Assembly (NCBI RefSeq): GCF_001194135.2
Contig: NC_068987.1
Coordinates: 76,627,213-76,661,343 of the forward strand
Direction: 5' to 3'
Length of the DNA: 34,131 bases
Origin: Octopus bimaculoides
Taxonomy: Eukaryota
Shown: in pieces, positions 11,180-22,143 of the stretch
Layout: every line of letters begins with the position of its first letter
Position numbering within the stretch: the stretch's first letter is position 1
Made by a program: the position numbers and the translations under genes
Notes under the pieces: generated by a model
Databases searched by the model: none
The model's input: the letters and a program-made list of their open reading frames with translations, nothing else
Told to the model about the DNA's origin: nothing

Positions 11180-11432
11180 GGAAGTCTGTGTATAATGCTG
11201 GAGTACTCTCTTTACTCTCTCTTTCTTGTTTCAGTCATTTGACTGTGGCCATGCTGGAGCACCGCCTTTAGTCGAGAAAATCGACCCCGGGACTTATTCT
11301 TTGTAAGCCTAGTACTTATTCTATCGATCTCTTTTTGCCGAACCGCTAGATGACGGGGACATAAACACACTAGCATCGATTGTCAAGCAATGCTAGGACA
11401 AACACGGACACACAAACATATACACACACGCA

Positions 11433-11509
<77 letters not shown>

Positions 11510-11900
11510 GACGGGCTTCTTTCAATTTCCGTCTACCAAATCCACTCACAAAGCTTTGGTCGTTCCGAGGCTATAGTAGAAGATACTTGCCCAAGGTTCC
11601 ACGCAGTGGGACTGAACCCGGAACCATGTGGTTGGTAAGCAAGCTACTTACCACACAGCCATTCCTACGCCTACACTTGAAACCAAATGCAGAAGACTGC
11701 ATGAAGAGAGGAGGAGACATCGTCATCAACCCCTAAAGCTGTTGATCAGAGTCACTTTCAGTCCCCCCCCCTCCCCCCAGTGCCACAGGATCTGCTTATC
11801 TCATATGAGTCTTGTCAGCCACATTTGGTCCTTTGATAATGTGCTAGATGGGGGAGGAGGATAAATGTCTTGAATCGATGCTGTCATCACCTTTGATGGC
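11180..11900 (+). mobile_element. RTE/BovB-like LINE 3' fragment, interrupted by a SINE
   Basis: The translation PQCHRICLSHMSLVSH is the C-terminal C2H2-like finger of RTE ORFs. 11180-11205 plus 11673-11900 align with the minus-strand copy at 23438-23690. Confidence 0.8.
11206..11672 (-). mobile_element. tRNA-derived SINE, family A, full length with internal (AT)n
   Basis: Minus-strand head AGGCGTAGGAATGGCTGTGTGGTAAG (A box) and GGTTCAGTCCC (B box); (GAGTAAA)-type tail at 11206-11225; internal (AT)n at about 11436-11508. Confidence 0.92.
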
Positions 11901-12199
11901 AAGTAAAAAATACCAATACTGTTGCCTTGCACAGTGTTTGGGTCTTGTAATATAATTAGATTTTATTCACCAGGTAGTTATGCTCAGGTTCACTTTCTTA
12001 AAGAGCTGTTTCACTGATGAGAAGCCACTCATGTGGAAAATCTGTGAAACAGAGAAATAATATAATAACCTAGAATTACAGATTTTTTTTTGTCTTCCTC
12101 AGCTATACTGCAAATGTCCAACACATTTTTAGGAGGTTTTCTGTTGAAAAATTAACCGCAGAGAATAATTCTTCCTTCAGTTTGTAATAGATAAAAAAA

Positions 12200-12600
12200 G
12201 AAAAATCCTAAATTTGATGGAAGACAAAGACACATCTGCTCATAGCAACATACACAATAACAAGAAAATCAGCAATATTATCTCCATTGAGATAATGAGA
12301 AATAATGGAAAAATAATACAAATCCATATATGAAGAGCTGCAAATAATGTTGGTCGGAATGTAAGCACTGAAAACAATAACAATTATATTGGTATCTTGG
12401 GAGTAATTAAAAATATTGCCAATAAATATGTATCCAAAATCCCCAGGACTTACACAAGACATGGAAAATAGCACTTCAAGGCAATGAACACATTATGTAG
12501 AGTACTTTCAATACAGCAGAAACTGAGAAAAGAAGAACACTGAATGTACCCCAGACATTAGTCCAGTGAAAACAAGCAATAAAAGTAAGACTATGGAATA
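12200..12600 (+). mobile_element. Old R4/Dong-type (RLE) LINE 3' remnant
   Basis: Nucleotide similarity to 24945-25133: GGAATG...AAAACA...AAAAATATT...CCAGGACTTACA...CTTTCAATACAG. Confidence 0.6.
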
Positions 12601-12726
12601 TGATCTAATGGTGACAAAGGAGCTGCTGATGATGATAATGATGAAGAGGAGAAGGGGGATGATGATGTTGGTAATAGTTTCTAATTCAGGTGCAAGGTCT
12701 GTAATAATAATAATTATTATAATAAT

Positions 12727-12930
12727 TCTTTCTATTCTAGGCACAAGGCTTGATATATGTGGGGAGGTGGCTAGTCAAGTGTTGTGCTCAACTGGTATTT
12801 ATTTTATTGATCCTGAAAGGTTGAAAAGCAAGGTCAATCGCAGCAGAATTTGAACTCAGAATGTAAAGGCGAACGAGATACCACTAAGCATTTCTCCCAG
12901 CATGCTACTGATTCAGCTAGCCTTCTACCT
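12727..12930 (-). mobile_element. tRNA-derived SINE, family C
   Basis: Carries the family-C core AACTGGTA(C)TTATTTTAT(C)GA(C)CC(C)GAAAGG..GAAA.GCAA.GTC and GAATTTGAACTC (B box on the minus strand); flanked by (AAT)n. Confidence 0.85.
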
Positions 12931-12950
12931 TGATGATGATAATAATAATA

Positions 12951-12981
<31 letters not shown>

Positions 12982-13010
12982 TAATAATAATTATTATTAT
13001 TATTATTAAT
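12931..13010. repeat. (GAT)/(AAT)n switching to (TTA)n microsatellite
   Basis: Direct reading. Confidence 0.9.
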
Positions 13011-13754
13011 GACAACAACAATGACAGTAGAAATAGCAATAACTATGTTACTCACTCACAGATCCAAATATGATAGACAATGATATGGTTTGAGTGATAA
13101 TAAAAGATGTCAACGTATTATATGATTCTCAGACAATCATTTCAAAGCTAGTCTGAAGGAATTGTGCTGAGATAATATATAAACAAGAAATTAAAGCTAA
13201 AACATTGGCAACTAAAGTGCAGAGATAAGACCATTTAAAGAAATAAATTTTATATGATGAAATCAGCATAGAGGACTGTCTTGGGAGGACAGACTAATAA
13301 AAACAACTCAAAAATATATTCAGTTGCAAAATGTTGCAGATATGGCAAACAAATATTTAAATTAGATAATAACCGAAAATGGAAATTACCCAGTTGTAAT
13401 TAACTAAAATTAAGACCATCATAATTAATGAAATGAAGATAAAAATCTCATTAACTTATAATTGTTATGCAATAAGGAGAAGAAAATAATAGCACAAAGC
13501 CTGAGAGATGAAAAGTCCAGACATGCTTTAGTCTTATTAGACCTCTTCAGCAGAACATAGCTTTTCCTGCATTTGCTAGTAAAAGTTAGATTTCCTCACT
13601 ACATTATGTAAGTTGACTTTAATAATTGAAAAGAAATCCTCAAAAAACCCCCTAAATGTTGATAAAACACAAAACTTCTGGTTTACAGACAGGATAATGC
13701 CAGATAAATGAAAATGAGTTATTTATTTAACTTTCCAGAGTTATCATTAAAATG

Positions 13755-13955
13755 GTGCATTGCTTAGTGGTTAAGGTATTGGACTCATGGTCATAAGATT
13801 GTGGTTTCGATTTCTGGACCAGGTGGTGTGTTGTGTTCTTGAGCAAAGCACTTCATTTCATGTTGCTTCAGTCCACTCAGTTGATAAAAAATACTAATTT
13901 TGTGATGGACTGGCATCCCATCCAGGGAGGAATATTTATACCAGCGAAACTGTTA
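13755..13955 (+). mobile_element. tRNA-derived SINE, family B (old)
   Basis: TTGCTTAGTGGTT A box, GGTTTCGATTTC B box, GTGTTCTTGAGCAAAGCACTT domain. Confidence 0.8.
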
Positions 13956-14390
13956 CTATACCCCTTACAAAGCAATGTGAACTAATCATTATTAAAGAAC
14001 CAGAGATAACACTAGGTCTGTTACTTTAGAGAGGAATAAAACGCGTTTTATTCTTCTGAAAATGTGAACATTTTCAGATTTACACACTGTCTAAATCTGT
14101 ATGACATCAATATTCTTGTGCAGAAAATAGTTTGGTATTGAAATAAACAGCATTCCAAAAAAGTTGGTAGTTATCAAAGAATGAATAATACGAAATCCAA
14201 AGATAGCAGAAATTGAAAAAAGAACTTAAGCAAAAAGTAGATTTTTTGTCAAAAGAATTGAACAAAATCCCACATAGATGGATTGTAGAATTGCTACAAG
14301 AAATAAAGTTGAACCAGAAATAACTGTGAAGAAGGAATATACTGAAACAGTATGGAGAGCAACAATATACATATCATACAAAATGGTATA

Positions 14391-14629
14391 CAGTAATCCC
14401 TCACTATACCATGGGTCACCTATCGTGGTTCACCTATAGCGGTTTTTTTTTTTATCTAAGCCTATGTCAATTCCTCCGTAGTGTTGCTTTGCATTTATGA
14501 TAGAATAAACATATACGAATTATGAAAATAATTTTTAAAATATACTGTACAGTACTGTTTCTACTTCACAGATTTTCACCTATTGTGAGGCGTTTTGAAA
14601 TGTAATACCTGTGATAGTCGAGGGATTAC
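14391..14629. mobile_element. pogo/Tigger-type MITE
   Basis: TA-CAGTAATCCCTCACTATA at the left end and GTGATAGTCGAGGGATTAC at the right end (last 2 nt of the TIR lost). Confidence 0.75.
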
Positions 14630-14758
14630 AAATCTCCATCTTCCTTAACCTTTTTATTTCCCCACTCCTTTTCATCGATTGTTCTTCTGTTTAGTGCTTA
14701 CCAAACTAACTGTCAATACATCTAGCATACACACGTTACATACAATCATACATACATA

Positions 14759-14913
14759 TAGGCACAGGTGTGGCAAGAAGTTTGCTACCCATTCAAAAGG
14801 TTCCAGGTTCAGTCCCACTGCAAGACACCTGTGGCAAGTGTCTTCTACAATAGTCTTGGGCTAACCAAAACCTTATGAATGAATTTAGTAGACATAAACT
14901 GAATGAAGACTGT

Positions 14914-14949
<36 letters not shown>
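14759..14949 (+). mobile_element. SINE family A, 5' half (old), running into (TA)n and a gap
   Basis: GGTTCAGTCCCACTGC...GGCAAGTGTCTTCTAC motif. Confidence 0.8.
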
Positions 14950-15730
14950 NNNNNNNNNNNNNNNNNNNNNNNNNNNNNNNNNNNNNNNNNNNNNNNNNNN
15001 NNNNNNNNNNNNNNNNNNNNNNNNNNNNNNNNNNNNNNNNNNNNNNNNNNNNNNNNNNNNNNNNNNNNNNNNNNNNNNNNNNNNNNNNNNNNNNNNNNNN
15101 NNNNNNNNNNNNNNNNNNNNNNNNNNNNNNNNNNNNNNNNNNNNNNNNNNNNNNNNNNNNNNNNNNNNNNNNNNNNNNNNNNNNNNNNNNNNNNNNNNNN
15201 NNNNNNNNNNNNNNNNNNNNNNNNNNNNNNNNNNNNNNNNNNNNNNNNNNNNNNNNNNNNNNNNNNNNNNNNNNNNNNNNNNNNNNNNNNNNNNNNNNNN
15301 NNNNNNNNNNNNNNNNNNNNNNNNNNNNNNNNNNNNNNNNNNNNNNNNNNNNNNNNNNNNNNNNNNNNNNNNNNNNNNNNNNNNNNNNNNNNNNNNNNNN
15401 NNNNNNNNNNNNNNNNNNNNNNNNNNNNNNNNNNNNNNNNNNNNNNNNNNNNNNNNNNNNNNNNNNNNNNNNNNNNNNNNNNNNNNNNNNNNNNNNNNNN
15501 NNNNNNNNNNNNNNNNNNNNNNNNNNNNNNNNNNNNNNNNNNNNNNNNNNNNNNNNNNNNNNNNNNNNNNNNNNNNNNNNNNNNNNNNNNNNNNNNNNNN
15601 NNNNNNNNNNNNNNNNNNNNNNNNNNNNNNNNNNNNNNNNNNNNNNNNNNNNNNNNNNNNNNNNNNNNNNNNNNNNNNNNNNNNNNNNNNNNNNNNNNNN
15701 NNNNNNNNNNNNNNNNNNNNNNNNNNNNNN
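14950..15730. other. Assembly gap (N run); further gaps at 17396-17405, 19540-19857, 27096-27454 and 30201-30470
   Basis: N characters. Most gaps abut (TA)n tracts or SINEs. Confidence 1.
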
Positions 15731-16629
15731 GAAACATATATAGCGAAAGTGTGATTAGCTAGTAAAGGGGAAAAAAACGTGCAAGAATATAAGGAAAAGA
15801 AGCAACATCACTTAACTTAACGAGGAAACTTGGCTGAATGAGGTACTATCCAAAAGCAAAGGAATACATATTATGTGTATCACGTGACAAAATGGCACAG
15901 ACCACGTGATCTCAAATGTCAAATCAGCGCTTAGAACTAAAACACGTGAGATACGAGACATCATGGCGTAGAAGGAGAAGAGGGAAGAAAAACTAAGAAG
16001 AAATGATGATAAGGTAAGTGCGTAGACCTGGAATCGAACGATATTATGCTGCTATGTGAAAGAGTAGAAGAAAAAATAATGAAATAAGTGATGGGAGCAA
16101 ACATATAAAAGTAATTAAGGCTACGTAAAATATACAATAACTAAGAATGGCAAAAATGAAGGAAGGTGGTATTACGGTGGACTTATAAAGCGTCTTCAAG
16201 TAGAAAGATTAATATTATCTCGAGCCACGTGTAATCAAGACCTACGTATTAGCAAGACTAATTACTGCTGAGGGTTTATAACAATGAATATAATAAGACT
16301 AAGGTTAGTGTATGTCTATTAGCAGAGTATTAAACACAAAGCGATCGTAACTCACTACCTGAACGTTATCCTATTACGAGGTCGTAACTAAGCAGATATT
16401 ACGATAGTGTTGTGTGAACAATTATCTAAACCTATTATATAAAAAGTTGAGTTTATGTCTGCATTTAATTTTCGTTCATCTTGGGAGTTTTGACAGATAT
16501 GTATTGCTATTTGATGTGTTTTATTATAAAACCTTGAAAATTTCCTTTGTACTAAATGTTGCTTAAACGGACAGATTTTTATACTTATTTTATGCATTTA
16601 AAATGTAAGATGCGTTTTTTGAAGTTACC

Positions 16630-16735
16630 GGACCTGAAGAGTGTCCTCATATTGGGTGGTATCTATCTTGTTCGATTCATTGTAGATTGACCAGATATTA
16701 CCCACTGTTATGTGGCCATGAAACATGCGTACTCT
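16630..16735 (+). ncRNA. Partly decayed type I hammerhead-like motif with a long branched stem II
   Basis: CTGAAGA at 16634-40; stem II GTGTCC-T-CATA / TATG-T-GGCCAT; inner helix GGGTGGTATCT (16654-64)/AGATATTACCC (16693-703); GAAA at 16720-23; stem III AC-ATGC-GT; triplet GTA (16729-31). Stem I is poorly paired. Confidence 0.55.
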
Positions 16736-17019
16736 TTCTCTCACTTTCGTTTCTGAAACGTAACCGATTTTAATTCTTAGTCCAATATTAAAATTATAAT
16801 AAGGGTGTTGAATGATTGCAACACCGGTCTGCTAGAAATAGACCCTAAAAGGTCTATGAACCACTTAGATTATTACTCCATTACACGAGGTTGTAAACGA
16901 GGAAAATAGACAGCCAGGATTTATAAAATAATTTGGATAGTCTCAAATCTATAGATTTCATGGTATGAGTTATTAAAACCCCTATATATATATATATATA
17001 TAATTTTAATCATATATAT

Positions 17020-17394
17020 AGGCGCCTATGTGGTAAGTAGCTTGCCTACCAACCACATGGTTCCGGGTTCAGTCCCACTTTGGGCAAGTGTCTTCTACTA
17101 TAGCCTCGGGCCGACCAAAGCCTTGTGAGTGGATTTGGTGGACGGAAACTGAAAGAAGCCCATCGTATATATGTATATATATGTGTATGTTGTGTATCTG
17201 TGTTTGTCCCCCCAACACTGCTTGACAACCGATGCTGGTGTGTTTAGGTCCCTATAACTTAGTGGTTTGGCAAAAGAGACCGATAGAATAAGTACTAGGC
17301 TTACAAAGTATCAATCCTGGGTCGATTTGATTCAACTAAAGGTGGTGCTCCAGCATGGCCGCAGTCAAATGACTGAAAGAAGTAAAAGAAAAAA
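17020..17394 (+). mobile_element. tRNA-derived SINE, family A, near full length
   Basis: GTGGTAAGTAGCTTGCCTACCAACCACATGGTTCCGGGTTCAGTCCCAC head; AAAGGTGGTGCTCCAGCATGGCCGCAGTCAAATGACTGAAA tail. Confidence 0.92.
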
Positions 17395-17515
17395 TNNNNN
17401 NNNNNGCACTCAGAGCTAAGTGCTTATATATGTATAATGAGTTTTAATCACTAGTTATTAAGTATCCCTATGCCTAAGCAAAATTATAATGTGTAGGTAT
17501 ACATACACACATCTG

Positions 17516-17606
17516 TCTCTCGCTCCCTCCACTCTCTCTCGCTCCCTCCACTCTCTCTCGCTCCCTCCACTCTCTCTCGCTCCCTCCGCTCTCTCTCTCT
17601 CTCTCT
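17516..17606. repeat. 19-bp polypyrimidine minisatellite (CGCTCCCTCCACTCTCTCT x4) grading into (CT)n
   Basis: Units start at 17521, 17540, 17559 and 17578. Confidence 0.9.
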
Positions 17607-17699
17607 GTATCACAAGAGAAAGGGAGAGAGACAGAGATGATTCAAAGCTTTTTGCAAAATTTGATTATTGGTAGGATAACATATTACTGCAGGGATGTT

Positions 17700-18200
17700 T
17701 GGAAATTGCAAATGAGGAGAGAAATGTGTAAAAAAATTGCGAATGAGGATAGTGAAATGTGTAAAGCCTATATGGAAAAAGGAAAACTTAGAAAACCACA
17801 TTATGCATAATAGAGGAAGGCATGAAATAAGGAACTAGAATAAGATCAAGCTTACACATCTCTAGAAATAAAGGAGAAATATTGAATACAGCACTGATGA
17901 GTGAGAGGAAAAAAATCAGATAATGATATTACAGAAGCATTAAAATTGTACCCAGGAAAGGATGAGATGCTAAGAATAGAATTATAGGTGTTAATACATT
18001 AACCATATTGGTAATAAACTGCCATTTTGAAGTAATAAACTAGATGTTGGATGAATTGAGATAAGACAGAACTGCAAGTAAATTAATGCTAGTATGTATG
18101 ATTCATGACATTAAAGAAGACATTGACAGGTTATATTTAAAACAAGCATTCAGTGTTGGTTGGAGTTATATCGCACAATAAGAAAACTGCTGTATGATAA
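17700..18200 (+). mobile_element. Decayed R4/Dong-type LINE reverse transcriptase remnant
   Basis: A single frame at 17993-18148 reads NTLTILVINCHFEVIN*MLDELR*DRTASKLMLVCMIHDIKEDIDRLYLKQA. This matches the NT-A-PV--Y-FG-INW...EL...DR...RKLM...HPK-DIDRLY pattern of this clade. Confidence 0.7.
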
Positions 18201-18411
18201 ATACTGTTGTCTTACTTAAACACAGAACAGAAAAACTATATTGAATTGAAATAGTTAAGGCATATGGCAAATATATAAGAAATACAGTTCATTATTTTTA
18301 TTTTTAAGGAGGCTGATCAGAAAGAAGGAAGCTATGTGAATTGTCACAAGACAGAAGCAAAATAAAGAAGCAATGTGTTTAATAGATTGTCTGCAACCTC
18401 TATACAGTGAA

Positions 18412-18728
18412 GGCGTGTGGCTTAGTGGTTAGGGCATTCGGCTCACGATCGTAAAGTTGTGAGTTCAATTCCCAGCGATGCGTTGTGTTCTTGAGCAAGA
18501 CACTTTATTTCATATTTCTCCAGTCCACTCAGCTAGCAAAAATGAGTAGTACCTGTATTTCAAAGGGCCAGCCTTGTCACTCTGTGTCACGCTGAATCTC
18601 CCTGAGAGCTACGAGAAGGGTACACATGTCTGGAGTGCTCAGCCACTTGCACGTTAATTTCACGACCAAGCTGTTCTGTTGATCGTATCAGCTGGGACCC
18701 TCGTCGTCATAACCGACGGAGTGCTTCT
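18412..18728 (+). mobile_element. tRNA-derived SINE, family B, well preserved
   Basis: A box TGGCTTAGTGG (18418-28), B box GAGTTCAATTCCC (18461-73), GTGTTCTTGAGCAAGACACTT domain, and a 3' hairpin CGTCG-TCATAAC-CGACG. Confidence 0.9.
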
Positions 18729-18892
18729 ATTCTTCTCTATATATGTTCAATATCCAGAGTTTGAAACATAAACCATAGCTACCAAAAATAATTCCATCGG
18801 ATTCAGAATACAGGTTTAAATGCCGAGACTGCAGAAATTCTGTTTCTATTATAGTGCAACTAAAGTATGTGAGCACTAAAACATTATATAAT

Positions 18893-19105
18893 CCTTTCTA
18901 CTAAAAGCACAAGGCCTGAGATTTGGGGGAGGAGAACTAGTCGATTAAGTGAACCCCAGTGTTCAACTGGTACTTATTTCATCAACCCCAAAAGGATGAA
19001 AGGCAAAGTCAACCTTGGCAGAACTTCAACTAAGAACATAAAGATGGATCAAATGCCATTAAGCATTTTACCTGGTTTGCTAATGATTCTGCCTGCTCAC
19101 CACTT
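18893..19105 (-). mobile_element. SINE family C
   Basis: Same core as the copy at 12727. Confidence 0.88.
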
Positions 19106-19213
19106 TAAAATGTTATATAGCAAACAATATGAAAATAGAAATAAGCTTTGAGTGGGTAGACTTAGAGTCAAAAATATTGATATTTCAGCCATTTACACAC
19201 ACATACATGTGTA

Positions 19214-19413
19214 TTCTTTCTTTTCTTTTATTCGTTTCAGTCATTTTTACTGTGGCCATGCTGGAGCACCGCCTTTAGTCGAGCAAATCGACCCCAGGAC
19301 TTATTCTTTGTAAGCCTAGTACTTATTCTATCGGTCTCTTATGCTGAACCGCTACATTACAGGGACGTAAACACACCAGCATCGATGTCAAGCGATGTTG
19401 GGACACACACAAA

Positions 19414-19458
<45 letters not shown>

Positions 19459-19539
19459 GCGACTTCTTATATATACGGCTTCTTTCAGTTTCCATCTACC
19501 AAATCCATTCACAAGGCTTTGGTCGGCCCGAGGCTATAG
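19214..19539 (-). mobile_element. SINE family A, 3' part (head lost in the gap), with internal (CA)n
   Basis: Near-identical to 11206-11580 and 20850-21160. Confidence 0.9.
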
Positions 19540-19877
19540 NNNNNNNNNNNNNNNNNNNNNNNNNNNNNNNNNNNNNNNNNNNNNNNNNNNNNNNNNNNNN
19601 NNNNNNNNNNNNNNNNNNNNNNNNNNNNNNNNNNNNNNNNNNNNNNNNNNNNNNNNNNNNNNNNNNNNNNNNNNNNNNNNNNNNNNNNNNNNNNNNNNNN
19701 NNNNNNNNNNNNNNNNNNNNNNNNNNNNNNNNNNNNNNNNNNNNNNNNNNNNNNNNNNNNNNNNNNNNNNNNNNNNNNNNNNNNNNNNNNNNNNNNNNNN
19801 NNNNNNNNNNNNNNNNNNNNNNNNNNNNNNNNNNNNNNNNNNNNNNNNNNNNNNNNNTTATATAATCATATATATAC

Positions 19878-20155
19878 AAGCAAGATCGTTGCCAGTGCCC
19901 CTGGACTGGCTCTTGTGCGGGTGGCACATAAAAGACACCATTTCGAGCGTGGCCGTTTTCGTGCGGGTGACACGTAAAAGCACCCACTACACTCTCTGAG
20001 TGGTTGGCGTTAGGAAGGGCATCCAGCTGTAGAAACTCTGCCAAATTAGATTGGAGCCTGTTCTAGCCATCCGGTTGCACCAGTCCTCAGTCAAATCGTC
20101 CAACCCATGCTAGCATGGAAAGCGGACGTTAAACGACGACGACGATGATGATGAT
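19878..20155 (+). mobile_element. 3' part of another retroposon (SINE or LINE tail) ending in (GAC)n(GAT)n
   Basis: GAGTGGTTGGCGTTAGGAAGGGCATCCAGCTGTAGAAA...CCCATGCTAGCATGGAAAGCGGACGTTAAACGACGACGACGATGATGATGAT. The trinucleotide tail indicates retrotransposition. Confidence 0.7.
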
Positions 20156-20849
20156 ATATATATATATATATATAATTTTGAATAATATATAAGGATAAAA
20201 TCTATATAAGAATTTACCAAGTAGCCTACGTGAAAAACCAGTTCAGGAAAAAATTAATACAAAATATATAATTTTCCCTTTAAATATAAATACATTCATT
20301 ATGTTAAGGACATCCAAATTGCATTCCCCCGCTTTCGGTGCTGCATATATTCATTAAAATAGTTTGACTTCAGAGTCCCATTACAGCATCAGGCATTTAC
20401 ATGTAGTAATAGCCCTTAATGTAACAAATGTATTTATATTTAAAGGAAATAATTACATATTTTGCATTAATTTTTTTCCTCAACTGGTTTTTCATGCTGG
20501 CTACTTGATAAATTCTTATATAGATCTTAACCTTACATATCATTAAAGATTAAACTGGAACATATTCAGTGCTGAATTATTCCGACTATACACATGTATT
20601 GAGATGTAATTTGACAAGCCTGCCTTTTACATGGATATATGTGTGAGCGCATTTGTATATACTATGTTGGGTACATCTGTTGTTTGCTTGGTATGTACAG
20701 ATGTTCATTTTTATGTGTTCTGATTATGTTTGCACTGCTGATTGGAAGTGTATTATGTACGCTAACCATGAAAATATTAATGATTTGCAACTAAATCTGT
20801 TTTTAAGAGGTAGCTTCCAAGTTGCATTCCCCCACTTTCGGTACTATAC

Positions 20850-21257
20850 TCTTTACTCTTTTACTCTTTTATTTGTTTTAGTCATTTGACTGCGGCCATG
20901 CTGGAGCACCACTTTTAGTCGAGCAAATCGACCCTGGGACTTATTCTTTGTAAGTCTAGTACTTATTCTATTGGTCTCTTTTGCCAAACCGCTAAGTTAC
21001 GGGGACATAAACACACCAGCATCGGTTGTCAAGCAATGCTAGGGGGACAAACACAGAAAAACACACATACACACATATATATATACATATATATGACAGG
21101 CTTCTTTCAGTTTCCGTCTACCAAATCCACTCACAAGGCTTTGGTCGGCCCAAGGCTATAGTAGAAGACACTTGCCCAAGGTGCCACGCAGTGGGACTGA
21201 ACCCGGAACCATGTGGTTGGTAAGCAAGCTACTTACCACACAGCCACTCCTGCGCCT
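20850..21257 (-). mobile_element. SINE family A, full length and young-looking
   Basis: Minus-strand head AGGCGCAGGAGTGGCTGTGTGGTAAG; (GAGTAAAA)n tail at 20848-20870. Confidence 0.93.
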
Positions 21258-21595
21258 ATGTATATTTATTAAAGATAGTTTGACTTCAGAATCCCATTAC
21301 AGCGTCAGGCATATATGTGTAGTAATAGCTCTTAATATAATGTATGTGCATATATATATATAATGGTCATCAGTTTAAAGTCTTTTTTTTTTCCATATTT
21401 ACATGGGTCAAATTTTCTATGGCCAGATGCTTTTTTCCTGTTTCCAAACAAGGTAATATTGTCTCTACTGCTTTGAACATAAATAACACAACAGCTGGAT
21501 ATATTTTCATGGAAGATTGGAAAAGAATGGTACTGCTTTATGACAATGAGGTTTATTTACAGTTAGTGTATAATATCCTGACAAGGACATGCAAA

Positions 21596-21635
<40 letters not shown>

Positions 21636-21639
21636 TAAA

Positions 21640-21780
21640 AGAGTTCTTCCAATTTCTGTCGACCAAAAATCACTGACAAGGCCCAGGCTACAGTAGAAAG
21701 CACTTGTCCAAGTTACCATACATTGGGAAACCATATTGTTGTGAAGCAAATTTCTTAATCACATAGCTATGCTTATGCTT
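21640..21780 (-). mobile_element. Old SINE family A fragment
   Basis: CAAGGCCCAGGCTACAGTAGAAAGCACTTGTCCAAG resembles the family A body; preceded by (CA)n. Confidence 0.6.
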
Positions 21781-21809
21781 AGCCTTACAAGCATTTAGCC
21801 ATGCTTGCA

Positions 21810-21851
<42 letters not shown>

Positions 21852-22143
21852 GTTATGAATCAGAAGTAGTGCTAGCATTGTAAACAATCCCAACTGCACC
21901 TGCTCAATGTATGTGTTTTGCTTGTTCACCAGTTCGCTGTAGTACTGCACTCTAGGGATGACTCCCTCAGAGCACTGAATGTTAAAACACCTGAAAGTCA
22001 TAGACAGGTGAGACAACCCACCTTCATTACCATCCAGGAGTGATAGATACTGATATTTCCCCATTTTTATGGCTTATGTGCGATCAATGATGTTTACAAC
22101 CCCAGCACTGCTTTTAATTCATAATTTGGTTTAATCTTATATA

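Noticed and set aside
11380-11736. ORFs rich in YIYIYI or HTHTHT (also 2320-2656, 2921-3355 and 30948-31424)
   Set aside because: These are translations of dinucleotide repeats inside SINEs or simple repeats.
12005-12052. CTGATGA...GAAAC within a CTGTTTCAC/GTGAAACAG inverted repeat
   Set aside because: Stem II does not abut GAAA and there is no NUH site or stem I, so it is only a short hairpin.
13060-13440. Possible LINE RT remnant (DVN.LY...YKQEI)
   Set aside because: The similarity is too weak to call by eye; it needs tBLASTn.
14793-15762. Long ORFs (276-314 aa) in the track, and similar ones at 19385-20044, 26922-27590 and 30072-30656
   Set aside because: They are open only because of N runs and (TA)n/(CA)n microsatellites.
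18412-18480. tRNA-like sequence with A and B boxes (also 4541 and 13755)
   Set aside because: It continues into a shared SINE body and lacks a proper acceptor stem, so it is a SINE head, not a tRNA gene.
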